Shown here piece by piece: positions 1-14,114 of a stretch of DNA of 64,000 bases (its first letter is position 1; each line of letters opens with the position of its first letter). This DNA comes from the human T2T-CHM13v2.0 reference genome, Homo sapiens, in the NCBI RefSeq assembly GCF_009914755.1, contig NC_060934.1; one strand, written 5' to 3'. Below the pieces are notes generated by a model. It had not been told where the DNA came from. It did not search any database and was given only the letters and a program-made list of their open reading frames with translations. Both the position numbers and the translations under genes were made by a program.

Positions 1-206
1 TTCAAAAAAAAAAAAATTAAGAGTTTCCAACAGGACTCTAGAATCAGGCTTCTAGAGCCTGCACCTGATTCTAGAATCTAGATTCTAGAATCTAGAATCA
101 GGACTCTAGAATTCAGTCTCTACTGAACATATTGTCTGCGAAGTAATTAAAGGGGAGAACAATCAAGCCAATATCCCATAAAAACTAAAACCCCTTCTCA
201 AAACAA

Positions 207-864
<658 letters not shown>

Positions 865-1144
865 TGGGAATTGTAACAGAACTCAGGATGAGTTCTGCTA
901 CCAGAAAAACTAGGCAAGTCTACCACAAGAGACAAGAAGCTTCTTCTCCAAGAAGATAAACTATTTGCTTTCCATGTTCTAAAGGGCCACCTACATCTCC
1001 ATGTTGCCCTCCCTCCAGTATAGCGACTTGACCTAGCATTCCTAGAATCAGAACCTTACAATCTTACAAACCTGCAAGATTACCCGAATACTCAGTCTAA
1101 CTGAAAAATATACAGCAGCTAATAATACTGTATAATCTAGATTA

Positions 1145-1320
1145 ATGGTTTGGAACATTTAGTGTGCTTAAGGATCACCTGGGAAGGCTCGTCTTTGAAA
1201 ATGATTCATGACCTCATCATCAGAGTATGTCTAAATTTGGGAACAGAAATCTTCACTTTTAACTAGCACCCAAAGTGATTCTTGTGCAAGTGGTTAATCA
1301 CCAAACATTTGAGAAACATC
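1145..1320. mobile_element. MER5-family (hAT-Charlie) MITE
   Basis: GATCACCTGGG ... TTTAACTAGCACCCAAAGTGATTCT ... TTTGAGAAACA motifs. Confidence 0.55.
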
Positions 1321-1433
1321 AACAGAATTAGAGTCCCCAAACTCAACAAACAGAAGAACTTAAGGAAACATAATTAGTATAATTAATATTCTAAAAGAGA
1401 TTCAAATGTTTATCATAGCTATAAGAACAGCCA

Positions 1434-1738
1434 GGCCAGGCGCGGTGGCTCATGCCTGTAATCCTAGCACTTTTGGAGGCTGAGGTGGGTGGATCACGAG
1501 GTCAGGAGTCCAAGACCAGCCTGGCCAAGATGGTGAAACCACGTCTCTACTAAAAACACACACACAAAAAAAATTAGCTGGGCCTGGTGGCAGGCGCCTG
1601 TAATCTCAGCTACTCGGGAAGCTGAGGCAGAGACTTGCTTGAACCCAGGAGGCAGAGGTTGCAGTGAGCCGAGATCGTGCCACTGCACTCCAGCCTGGGT
1701 GACAGAGCAAGACTCTGTCTCAAAAAAAAAAAAAAAAA
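1434..1738 (+). mobile_element. AluSg-like
   Basis: GGCCAGGCGCGGTGG start, GATCACGAGGTCAGG, poly-A tail, degenerate TSD (AAGAACAGCCA / AAAAATAGCCA). Confidence 0.95.
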
Positions 1739-2284
1739 TAGCCACAGAAAACACCACTGGTATTCTTGGAAATTTAAAATGGTATTGCAAAAATAAAAAC
1801 TAGACAGTTGAAGACTTAAAGAGCGGAATGAAAATAGCTAACATCAAAATCAGTGACCAGAAAAGAAAGCCAAAAATTCTCACAGAATGAAAAGGATATG
1901 CAAAGTATGAGACAAAAATTAAAAGCCACAAGACTCATCCAGACAGACCAACATTCATCTTAATAAGAGTTTTAGAAGAGAAAAGAAAATGTGTCTCTGC
2001 CTAGAAAAGCGTCTGGAAAATATATACCAAGTCCTTAATTGCAGTTATCACTGGCAATAAGAATTGAATTGAGGTGAAGTGAAAAGAGACATTAACTTTT
2101 TTCTTAATTTCCATAATTGTATAATTATTTTACAAGAATAAATTCATGTATTCCTTATGAAATTAATTAATCTAGACATGAATAAAATTATTGTCAAAGA
2201 TACACCAGGAAAATGCTAATAAAAAGGAAGCCAAGAATATCAATATTAATACCAGACAAATTGAATCAGAGTAGACACTATTAA

Positions 2285-2695
<411 letters not shown>

Positions 2696-3368
2696 TAAGT
2701 TTTTAAATGTATGGAACAAAATACCACTAGAAATACAAGGAGAAAATGGTATTTTGCTGTAATGTGAAAGACTTCAACTAACCTCTCTCAAACAGGTGAA
2801 ACAGAAAACAGAAGTAAGAATGAAGACACTTTATTTATTACAATTACGAACTTTTAAAACTTCCTCCCAAAGAGAGAATACACAATTTTTTCAAATATGT
2901 ATAAATACAACTTTCAAAACATGAATTAAGCCACAAAAAATTTCAGTGTTCCCCCAAAAAAATTCCAAACATTTTCCAAAATAAAACCTATATTTTCTGA
3001 CCAAAATTCAGTAAAACTAGAAATTAATTTTAAAGGATGACAAAAATAAACAAAAAACAATTTTAAAACACCAAAAACCAATTTTAACATTTTTAAAACA
3101 CACTTCTAGTAGTATAAGGCAAAGAAAAAAAAACTAAGTTAAAACTAACACCTATTTTTTAAAATACAGATAAAAGTACTGCTTATTAAACATAGGTGTT
3201 CAGAGGAAAACTGACACCATGAATGAGTTTACAAAAGAAAAAAACCAAGTAAGAAAAACAGAAAAAGAGAGACTAAAAATTAACTCAATAAATATATTCA
3301 AGATATTATAAAAGATCAGCAAATTAACCTAAGAAATTAGAAAATATAAGTTAATAAAAATAAAAGCA

Positions 3369-3708
<340 letters not shown>

Positions 3709-3811
3709 CTAAAAAGAAAATTCTTTACAGAGAAGAAAATAAAAATTCAGATTTTTAAAATTCAAACTAAAAAAAAGAAGACACATGTTCCTAATGTCAT
3801 TCATCTATTGC

Positions 3812-3930
3812 CTCTTTTTTGTACACATCTGTGGAATACAACCTGATGCTTTGATATATGTATGCACTGAGGAATGACTGAATCAAGCTAATTAACATGT
3901 CCATCATCCCACATACTTTTTTGTGGTGAC
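3812..3930 (-). mobile_element. L1MA 3'-end fragment
   Basis: TGATGCTTTGATATATGTAT...AATCAAGCTAATTAACATGTCCATCA, typical of the reverse complement of an L1MA 3'UTR. Confidence 0.65.
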
Positions 3931-5479
3931 TCTTTTATTGAGGTTTTCTTTGCAGCCTTTGCTCCATTTTTGTGGATCCATTTTGGATCCATTTTTCCAT
4001 AGCTATTTGAAAGATATGCGTCCTCTGTTGCATGTGAAGTTCTATACATGAAATCAACTTTCCATACTGCATATGGGGGGGGGCTCAATAAAAAATAATA
4101 AATAAAAATAAAAACTGTTCTATTTTGAGGTCCTCTATAAATTTCAATCAGTAGTCAGTGTGAATTATCCACTCCTATTACACAATCCCTTCATCAGCTC
4201 TCATATTTATTTTTCCTTCATGCCTTTTCTCATTTTGCAGTGCTCACAAGTATGGTCCCTAGTTAACGCTAAACTAACCCTAAAACTAAACATCATCAAG
4301 GAATCGGCATCCAAGAAAGCCCGACCTGTGTCATGTGAGTGAGGATCTAAAGGAAGAGTTGTGCTAGCTTTTATTGCTTGATTTATGGTATTCTTATCTC
4401 CTGAATATGCAATTTTTAGGATTGGAGGCTTTTTATGTTTACTTATTTTCTAGCTCCCATTAAGCACATGACAATGTGGAAATAGAGAACAAGTACCTAA
4501 TAAATACTGATGATTAACTGATGGTCATGAGACTCATGATACAAACATTTTATAAGAATTTGTTTTTAAAAACTTGCTGTGGATTCATTTTGGTTTTTTC
4601 AAGTTTTGGAGAAAAAAAAAAAAACATTACTATAACTGGCTGCCAGAGTTTTCTCCAAGCTTGACATCGGGTCCATATAACAGCAAACCTTGAACACGAT
4701 CTATAATGCCATGTACATCATGGGGTCTAAGAGTCCCAAGAAGCCAAGAGCAAACAAGGTCTAATACTCATTACTATCCATGTGTTTTATTTAATCATCA
4801 AGATAAAGGAGATGTTGTCCTTCTTTTATTGGGTAAATATTTATTAGATGCATTAAAACCTCACACTAGGTTCTGAAATATCAACAATTCATTGCTTTTT
4901 CAATAAATATGTTTAAAGCAATTACTATGTACCTGGCAACTTGCTAGGCGGTGACAATATAAATATGAATAAGGCATTATTCCTCTACTCATATAATTCA
5001 TCCAATAGCAAAGACAGATGCATAAACAAATAAATGTATTAAACTCAAGACCTAATTGTATTCCAACAGTCTCCATCATTTGTCACAAGAGCATTATTTG
5101 GAAAGAGTAATTGTTGGGAGGGCTCACGAAATATGTGTTCAAGTTATAACTCTTCTAATTCCTGTTTATTTGACTTTGTACAAGTTACACAACCTCACAG
5201 AAGAGTAGTTTGCTCCTCTATAAAGTACACAATAACTCCTGACCTATGTGCTCTATGAAGCAATTTGATACTATTAATAAAATGTGCAGATAAACACCCT
5301 AAATAGTACAAATGTAAGATGCTAGTACCTTAAATTTGTATTAAGCCAGTACCTAGCACAAGGGTTCACACAGACATTAATTACACAGAAAATAGATTTA
5401 ATAAATATTTGTTAAATATAAACAGTACATTGTTGTAGCACTTATTCTCAGATTTACCACCCATTTTAACACACTTTAT

Positions 5480-8400
5480 TCAATTTCATTATTAACTACC
5501 TCAAACATAAGAGAATGTATGAATAAAGAATAATAATATAACACACATTCATCTACCAACCCAGCTTCTGAAAAACAATATGCTCAGTAGCTTTAAAGCT
5601 CCTGATGTGTGTATGCAACCTCTTTCTCCCCACTCCTCCACTCCTCAATATTGCATAAATCATTCTCTTCCTTCTCTTTATATCTTACCAGACATGTCTG
5701 TAACACTAGAAATGTGTTGTTTAGTTTTGCTTGTGTGAGCCTTTATATAAAAGTAAAAATGCTGTATGAATTCTTATACGGCTTGCTCTTTTATGGTAAA
5801 GCTTTTTGTTTTGGTATCATTCATATTGACATGTATTACTATAATTTACTCATTTTTATTCATTATGGCCTCATGTCTAAGTTTAAAGGGAGTGTTTTTA
5901 ATTACTCAAATTTAACTATGAAGTTTACTGTAGAATTTTACAGAAACCCTTTATCAAGAAAACTCACTTCTGTTCCTAGCTTTCTAGAAGTTTTAAATAA
6001 ATTATATTGAATTTTTCAAATGTTTTCTGTATCTACTGAGATTATTATATAGTTTTTCTCTTCTAACTTGTTAATGAGGTGAATACCATCAGTAAATGTT
6101 CTAATGTTGAACTAACATTACATTCCTGGAATAAATTCAACTTTGTCATAATGACTTTTTTATCTAGTGCTAAACAGTTTATTCACATTTTGTTTGCAAT
6201 TTTTGCATCTAATTTCATAAATTAGATTGGCATGTGAATTTCCTTACTTATCTGACCTGTGTAGCATCGTTTCACACTTGCTTCACCAATTTCATATAAT
6301 GGATTGAGAGCTACTTTGTTTGTTTGTTTGTTTGCTATTCTCAGGACACTGCTGTAGAAATACATTTACATATTCCTGGAAGGGTTTATAGTATTCTATC
6401 AAACTATCTGAGCCTCCTATTTGCTTTCAGTAAAAACTGTTAACTACTAATTCTATTTAATTATTTCATTCAGATTGTCTATACTTGAGTCAATTTTGTT
6501 AATTTATATTTTCTTAGGAATTTTTCCATTTCATCCAAATTTTCATTTTTATCAGTATAAATTTGTTTATAATATTCTTTTAGTGTTTTAGTATTTATAA
6601 TATTTAGTATTTAGTCATAACCCTGTAGTTATGACTCCTCTTCTGACTTTCACTCTTACATGCTGTTTTTTGTCTGCTTTCAGTATTCTTAATTTATCTC
6701 ACCAGCAGTTTGTCAATTTTATTGGTCTTTACAAATAATACACTTTTGGCTTTGTTGAACTTCTCTACTGTATCTTTGTTTGTGATTTAATTAATTTCTA
6801 TTCTTATCTTTATTAATTTTTTCCTTCTGGGTTTTTTATATTGTCTGTTTCAAACTCCAAGTGGAAACTTAGCTCCTTAACATCCAGCTTTCTTCTTTCC
6901 TAATATAAGCATGTATAGGTGAGAAATTTCCTTCTATGTACTCCCTTTAGCTATATCGCTCAAGTTTTGTTGTTATTATACATTATCATTATTTCTCAGT
7001 TATAAGTATTTTTTACTTTCAATTATAATTTATTCATGACCCAGTAGTTATACAGATATGGTTTTCAAAAAAGATTCCAAATAGTAGGGTAATTTCACTT
7101 ATTTACCTAAATACATTTCTAGGTGGCCTGTATAATACTAGTGCTTTGAAAATCATGACTCAGTATGCTGTCAATTTTTGTTAATTTTCCATGTGTCCTC
7201 GAAAAGAATGTGTTACAACCTCCTGGTGAATTTATCCTATCAGTAGATAGTAACTGTCATTAGCATTTTTACTAGTATTGATATAGCTATACCAGCTTTC
7301 TTCAGTTAGAATTTGTTGGATATCGTTTTATCCTTTGACTTTCAAACTATCTTGATTCTTAAGTGTTAGATGTGTTTTTATAAACAGCATATAGCTAGAT
7401 TTCGTTTTATATTCTAAGCTGTCAGTCTTTTGTCTTTGGAGAGTTTAGGTTTCCTTTTTACATTTATTATGATTCCAAGATTATTTGGATTTATTTTATT
7501 ATGTTTTCTACTGTGTGTACATCCTTCTTTTTCCACAGTGTTTTTTCCTCCATTTTTTTCTTCTTTTGGACAAACTGAGTTTCTTATTTTCTCATTGCAT
7601 TTCTCCTTTTCCATATTTGGCAATTATACAGTCTATGACTACACATTTTTAGTAGTTACTATAGACATTTTAACATGCTTATTAAGATAAATGCCTAATA
7701 TAAGTCAATATTTTTATCCTTCCCCAAAAAATATATAAAGACCCTAGAACATTTAACTATGATTCTATCCATCCTAATTATACACTGTGTTTCCAGACAC
7801 AATCATTCTACAATTTTAATTATACAAAGTATACATAGTTATTAATCATTTATAAAAAGTAATATGTAAGCAGTAATAAATCCTTATGTTTACCATTTCC
7901 TCTGCTTACAAATTCTTGCATTTGCACCCTTAAGATAGGATAATTTTTTTATTTTTCTTTAACAATTTCTTCAGTGAAAAGTTGTTGACAATAAACTATT
8001 CATGTTTGGGACTGGGTAAAAATATATTTATCTTTTTTCTTGAAAAACAGCTGTATCATGTATTGAACTCAAGGTTAACAGTTATTTTCTCTGAGAATGA
8101 TTTACTATCTTGTAACATTCATGTTTAAGAACTCGGCTATCATTCACAGATAATCAGTCATCATTCATAGGTAACTCTTTTTTTTCCTATTTTCTTTTAA
8201 AAATATTCTTTTGGTCTTTGGCGTTCTTCAGTTTCACTATGATACGTGTAAATATAGGTTTCTTTAAAGACACCTTGCTTGGGATTTACTGGGCTTCTTA
8301 GCTATAGAGAATGGTGACTTCCATCAGTTCTAGGAAATTCTCATTATCTGTTTTATACTTCTCTCTCTTCTGAATTGTATATTATAATATTTTAGAACTT

Positions 8401-9390
8401 GTCATGGCATGTATCTTAACTGCTTTTCAAAAAATACTTTTTACTTCTGTGTCTTTCTGTGGGAAACTCAAAGTAACCTCTTCAAATATCTTTCAGATCA
8501 CCAATTCTCTAACCTAATCACCTGTTTTGCCTAACCATTGAATTTTTCATCATTATATTTTTCATTTTAGATAGCTCTGCCTGGTCAATTTTGACAGTCT
8601 TTTGTTTCTTCAACATATTCATTAGGGAATAATGTATATTAAAATACTTTTTTCAGTACCTTATAATTTCAATATCTACAGTGTTTGCAGACCTGATTCT
8701 GTAGTTTGTTCATTCTATGAAGTTACTCAAGATGGCTTATTTGTGTGTCTTGTGAAAACCATCTTCCTTGGAACCGTATGAGAATTTTTTGAAAGCTGTG
8801 TATAAAGTGCAGAAAGAATCTGAGTTTCCTTCTGGCAGATCTCTGGAGGTATTGCCAGGATAAGGCAATTTTAAACTAGATTTTTGGACGGGGTTTTAGA
8901 GGCTACACAGATAATATGAATGCTGACCCAAAGTCCAGATAAGGACAGGCCTATGGCTAGAAAATTCCAACATGGATTCTGTTCCTTTTTTCTGAGCTTC
9001 CCAGAGCCAAGGCTATGCTAGTCAAAAGTTCTCCCAACATCTCCTGCTATTCGGGTTAGTGTTATTTTCATTTCTCCAACAAGGTGGTCAAATTTTAAAG
9101 ATTCCCAGTAACATGCAAATGTATCTTACGGGACTTTCCAGTTGGCAGGATACAGAATTTATCTTTTGTCTTCAGTTCACAGTCTTTCAAGATTCAAGCT
9201 CCAGGCCATAATTGAAAAGCAGCTACCCCATCCCCCAGCATAATGCTGGTGTTGGCTCACTAGTTTGGATTTTGTGCTTTTTGTATCAGCCTCAAATAAT
9301 TTCCATAATTCAGTTATCAGATTATTTATGTATATAAAAATATTTTCTTCATCTCTTTTAGTTCTTATAGTTCACTATATATCTAGAAAC
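5480..9390 (-). mobile_element. Long degraded ancient L1M (L1ME/L1MD-like), sense to CTNNA3
   Basis: T-rich block with antisense L1 ORF2 motifs (TTTTCTGTATCTACTGAGATTATT, AGTTTGTCAATTTTATTGGTCTTT, TTCAGTTTCACTATGAT); boundaries approximate. Confidence 0.7.
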
Positions 9391-11154
9391 CAAACCATTT
9401 TTTAAAATCATATTAATGTGCTTCTAGATAACAGTGATATCTATTTCTTCTTTAGCTTCTAAATGCTAATCTGACTAACAGAGATCCTGTTTTCTCCTAA
9501 CAGGTGAAAATGTAAGAACATGAGGAGTATCTTCCCCAAAATTATTACCCTTAGTAAAAGACAGAGTATCTTGGAAGTAACAGGGAACTCTGACTAAGGC
9601 TGGACAGCTGCTGAGAGAAGAGAATATATATAAAGTTTTTTCTCTTTGTGCTGCCTTACCACAGAAAGGATTCTGAGCAGTGTATCACTTACATGTGCTT
9701 CTGGTAGTTTCCATCACTATAAATTCATGGCCTGGTTAAAAGTTAAAGTAGAGCCATATACCCCCAAATACATCCACTTTCAGTCGGAGGAAGGAGAAAA
9801 AAATAAGGGTAAGGAAAAAATGCTTTTCACTGCAAAATCACAAAATGGCATGCCGTATTATTGCATTCATTCATTCATGCATTCATTGATATTTACCTAG
9901 CACTTACTACATTTAGGGCATTATTCTAGGTGCTGGAGATATAACAGTAAACAATGACTGTATGAATGATGATACATGAATATGTAAAAAAGTTAAAAAA
10001 AGTGAATATGACAGCTCTCTAAAAATAAGAAAATATACATACATATCATTTGTTATCATCTTTATTGCATGGGAATTCAGATTAGTTCTTGTGTACCACA
10101 ATGACAACAGCTGCTTTTTCCCTCCTCACAGGAGACAATATGTCTTAATGGACTTGGAATTTTCAAAGCAATTTTTATTGGTGAAGTTTCTTGCTTCATA
10201 ACATTTTCAAAATTCTCTTAATCTACAATTCAGCACTTCTCAGCTCTCATTCAGCCACAAATACAGAAGAAAACCCCTATAATTCACACTGGCCTTTCCA
10301 ATAAATCAATTGATTTAGCCAGTATAGTGTTCCAATTCAACTTCTATTTTCTCCACTCATAAATTTCAGGTTTCATACTCACACCCAGCCAAGGGCCAGA
10401 ATGAAAAATTTAACAAAAGCTTCAGCATGGTTGTTGAGTAAGCACTCTGATACATTCCACACTATAAACATTTAATGAGACTTACTCCCAACAGAGTATT
10501 TACTACATCAATTTACTTCATAGTATTATATTTGCAGGAGCAAAATAGAGCAAAGGTTATTTTGGATCCTTTACCAATACAGCTTCCTGTAAATAATGAA
10601 AAGTGCAACCATTTAATTTACCAAATCATTAAAAAAGGTTAAATGCTCAATAAATTCTGCTTTATCTAGTTCAGTCAGCCACAGCAGCTATTTGTAACTT
10701 GGATATAAAAAATATAGAAAACTTAGGCATTTTTTACTAGTTTGTGCATCTGTACCTTTGACTAGAACTAAATTTCAAAGGTTGTTCAGACAGTTTAGAA
10801 TCCTCATTAGGATCTCAGAGAAATATCTTTTGGACCCCTTCCCGCCTCATGAAGAACAAGTGAGTCTGCCTTTCTTAAGAGAACACTGTTGCCCTGCCTA
10901 TGCCCACTCCCACTGAAGTTACACACATAACACGCACACTTTCTCCTCCTCTCCAACCACTGCCATTTTGTGCCTGTGGCAGTCACTTTCAACTAAAAAG
11001 AGAAAAGAGAAGAGGTCTCAGAAGGAGGAACAATTTGGAAATGTCTTCTTCTTTAATCCTAAAATACAGAATGCATTGTCTGAGATAAACTGGAGCTCTT
11101 ATGGGAGCATTCTCTGACACAATTGTGTTTTAGTACTGTGAAAAATGTGCTATA

Positions 11155-11514
11155 CAGGTTGAGCGTTGCTAATCTAAAAATCTGAAATCCAAAATGCTCC
11201 AAAATCTAAAACTTTCTGAATGCCAATGTGATGGCACTAGGGAAAAATTCAGCATCTAACTTCATGTGACAGGTCGCAGTTAAAATGCAGTCAAAACATC
11301 ATTTCATGCACAAAATTTTTAAAATGTTGTATAAAATTACCTTCAGGCTATGTGTATAGGGTATATATGAAATATAAATGAATTTCATGTTTACACATCA
11401 ATCCCATTCCCAAGATAATTCATTAGGTATATGCAAATATTCCAAAATCCAAAAAATTCCAAAATCCAAACCACTTCTGGTCCCAAGCATTTCAGATAAG
11501 GGATGCTCAACCCG
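11155..11514. mobile_element. Tigger4b/Zombi (MER46-family) MITE
   Basis: TIRs CAGGTTGAGC... and ...GATGCTCAACCCG flanked by TA on both sides; 360 bp. Confidence 0.85.
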
Positions 11515-11582
11515 TATGATCCTATCTATCTACTCTAACAAATTTCAATGTATCACACTCGGCACTCCCCAGATACAGACTA

Positions 11583-11668
11583 CAGATGGTCCCTGACTTG
11601 ATTTAACAATGGTTCAACTTATAATTTTTTCCAGCTTTATCATGGTGCAAAAGTAATACATATTCAGT
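11583..11668. mobile_element. Tigger5/MER47 terminal fragment
   Basis: TA-CAGATGGTCCCTGACTT...ATGGTTCAACTTATAATTTTT...ATGGTGCAAAAG. Confidence 0.6.
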
Positions 11669-11689
11669 GTGTATATAGAGTGTTTCAGG

Positions 11690-11966
11690 CCCCTAAAGGT
11701 CATACCCTTCCCAGGGTAGAGTAACCTGCATCCAGTGACTGAAAGAGACATACAGGCCTGGCCATTTCTGCCTGACAAGGTACACTCTGGAGGGCAATGC
11801 TCTCACCAGAGCTCCCTGCTGATTGGCCTAGGCTTTGCGGGTCTAGCTGTCAGGTAGACTTCTTCCTCTATCCAGTCCCGCTCCTTCCCTCTTTCCTTCC
11901 CAAATGTAACACCTTGTTTTCCAAACTCCATTCTGTGTGTGATTCTGGAGGACCCAGCCTACAACA
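11690..11966 (+). mobile_element. LTR16-family (ERVL) solo LTR fragment
   Basis: CCAGAGCTCCCTG...TTCTTCCTCTATCCAGTCCCGCTCCTTCC...GACCCAGCCTACAACA 3' end. Confidence 0.6.
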
Positions 11967-11969
11967 CTA

Positions 11970-12655
11970 GCCATGACTCCTTCCTTTCATTCATGTCCCA
12001 CATCCATTCTATCAAAATTCAGTTGACTCTATTTACAAAATTTAGCACTGATGTCCACCAACACCACTCTAGTCTAAACTAAAACATGAGGTGGTTCATG
12101 TAAAGTGTATAAATGGAACCTGGGTTACTACAATAGCCTCCAGCCTGGTTTTTCAGTTCCTCTCATTGTTCTCCTTCAGTCTATGTTCCTTATGCAACTA
12201 TCATAGTCCTTTTAAGACACGAGTCGCAGCATGTCACACCTTTGCTTAAAACCTTTCAGTGTATTCCCATTTAACTTGGAGTAAAAGCCAAAGTCCTTAA
12301 AGGCATACACACTCCTAAATGGTTGGTTCTCCAACCTTAGCTCCTGCTACTCATCACTTTGCTGTCTTCACCTAGACACCCTGGTTTTTATGTTGTCACT
12401 TAAACACAGGGCACATACCTTCAAGCCTTTGCTCTAGATCTTCATCTGCCCGATTCCTGAACTCTTTCAAGGCTTTGGCATTATCTCACCTTCTCAGTGT
12501 AACATCTATACAATTTTGTTCTCTACAGTGTTTATTGGTTTTATTTTTTGCCTATAATCACCTGCTAAAATGTAAAAATTTGTCAAGGGAAGTGATCAGA
12601 TATGTCCCAAGCACATAGAACAGTAATGCCAATAAGTATTTGTGGAGTGAATAAA
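11970..12655 (+). mobile_element. L2 3' region
   Basis: ACTACAATAGCCTCC, CACCTTTGCTTAAAACCTTTCAGTG, ends AATAAGTATTTGTGGAGTGAATAAAT. Confidence 0.7.
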
Positions 12656-12949
12656 TCTTATGCTTCATAAGTAGATCTACATAAAACAAAGTCATCATTT
12701 CGATCTAATTAACAATCCCACTTCAAATTCATTGGATTCCTTGGCAGAGATGTACAGGAGTCAGAAGTTTACTAACAGAGTACTTTCCTGTTAATCAATT
12801 CTTTGGAAGACTCAAGAAGGTGATAGAGACTAATCTGGATTTTTTATTTTCTCATGCTCTAAACGCCAACATGTGGATCTTCTTCTGTTTTATTATTATT
12901 ATTACTGTATTAGGACATCAGATCACACTTTATCTTTCTCCCGACTTAC

Positions 12950-13213
12950 CTCCAGCTCATCAAGGGCACTTCCCAGGGTTGCTGCCTGAGGTTCTGGTGG
13001 GGTTGTCATATTCTGGATCCCTTGTGAAGCATTTGAAATTACATTGAGAGCATTCTGAATTTCTTCACAAACTGTGTCCTTGCTTGCTTTGAGGGAAGCA
13101 ACATCAGAATGCTCCAAACAAGCTGAACAAATTGAATGCAAGAGGGGAGAGTTCTCCTTCAGTGAAGCTCGGGCTCCTGCAATTTCATCTCTCTGATTTG
13201 GAGATTTTAAGTC
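12950..13213 (-). CDS. CTNNA3: Internal coding exon of alpha-T-catenin (264 nt, 88 codons, phase 0-0; probably exon 6)
   Basis: Minus strand reads polypyrimidine ...CTCTTTTTATTTACCTTCTCAG|GACTTA (AG at 13215-13214) and ends GAG|GTAAGT (GT at 12949-12948). Translation DLKSPNQRDEIAGARASLKENSPLLHSICSACLEHSDVASLKASKDTVCEEIQNALNVISNASQGIQNMTTPPEPQAATLGSALDELE is recognised as alpha-T-catenin. Exon number is from memory. Confidence 0.96.
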
Positions 13214-13719
13214 CTGAGAAGGTAAATAAAAAGAGTGGTATCTTACAATGGGTTATGGGAGAAAGACTTAAATTAAAAAGCTTCTTTTTTTGTAAGTATA
13301 AATGAAAAGATAATAGACATGAAGAAGTCAGCTATAAGTTATAATCAAGGGCATCTATTATTTCTACATTCTTTCAGTTTCTGTTAAAAATTCTGCAGTA
13401 TAAACAATGACACAGTTAATAAGTAAAGGTCCCCGTAGAGCAGATGTGTAAAGATCCATTACTATTCAGTCAAGTCCTTGTCAGTCAAATCCTTATAAGT
13501 AGCTAAAATACTCTGGCATTCACATTATTAAGTGCATTACATGGGAGCTTGAATTACAAGGATGCTGATTACCTCATTCCATAGATGTTGATAATTGCAT
13601 TTAACCTCTCCGTTAAAATTAGACCAATTGAGTTAAGAACACTAATGAAACCTCCCACCATTCAGCTATTTTTCTTTTTCAGAAATACTAATAAATTAAT
13701 CCTATATCATTCTTTCTTT

Positions 13720-14080
13720 GATATTTATTCAACAATTAGTTACTGAGCACTTAGCATATTCTAGTCCTTGTGCTGGACTCCAGTGTACAGATATGAAAAA
13801 ATCCTACAAGGACCTTGTTCTTCTTTCTTTTGGGGGGAAAGGGCCTACAGACAAACAATAAACTAGATGAACAAATATACGAGATGATTTCAGGTGACAA
13901 TAAATGCTATGAAGAAAACACAAAAGTGAAGTGTCATAGAGATTGACTTGAAAGGAAAAGCTGCTTTAGGCTGAATGGTCCGAGAAGGTATTTCTTCAGA
14001 GATGACAATTTGCAGTAAATGTAAATGAATAGCATTACATCAGAGAGAAGAGAGGAAAGAGAATGCCCTGTCTAAGTGAT
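13720..14080 (-). mobile_element. L2 3' fragment
   Basis: ATTTATTCAACAATTAGTTACTGAGCACTTAGCATATT..., typical reverse L2 tail. Confidence 0.65.
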
Positions 14081-14114
14081 AGGCGATCAGAACTAGCTCA
14101 ATATACAAGAAAAA

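Noticed and set aside
4268-4290. Telomere-like CTAACCCTAA
   Set aside because: Fewer than two full units; not an interstitial telomeric array.
5609-7690. Hydrophobic F/L/I-rich ORFs resembling membrane proteins
   Set aside because: Artefact of T-rich antisense ancient L1 sequence.
12923-13141. ORF-track 72-aa ORF as a standalone gene
   Set aside because: It starts at a TTG inside the CTNNA3 exon and runs past the donor into intron; the true unit is 13213-12950.
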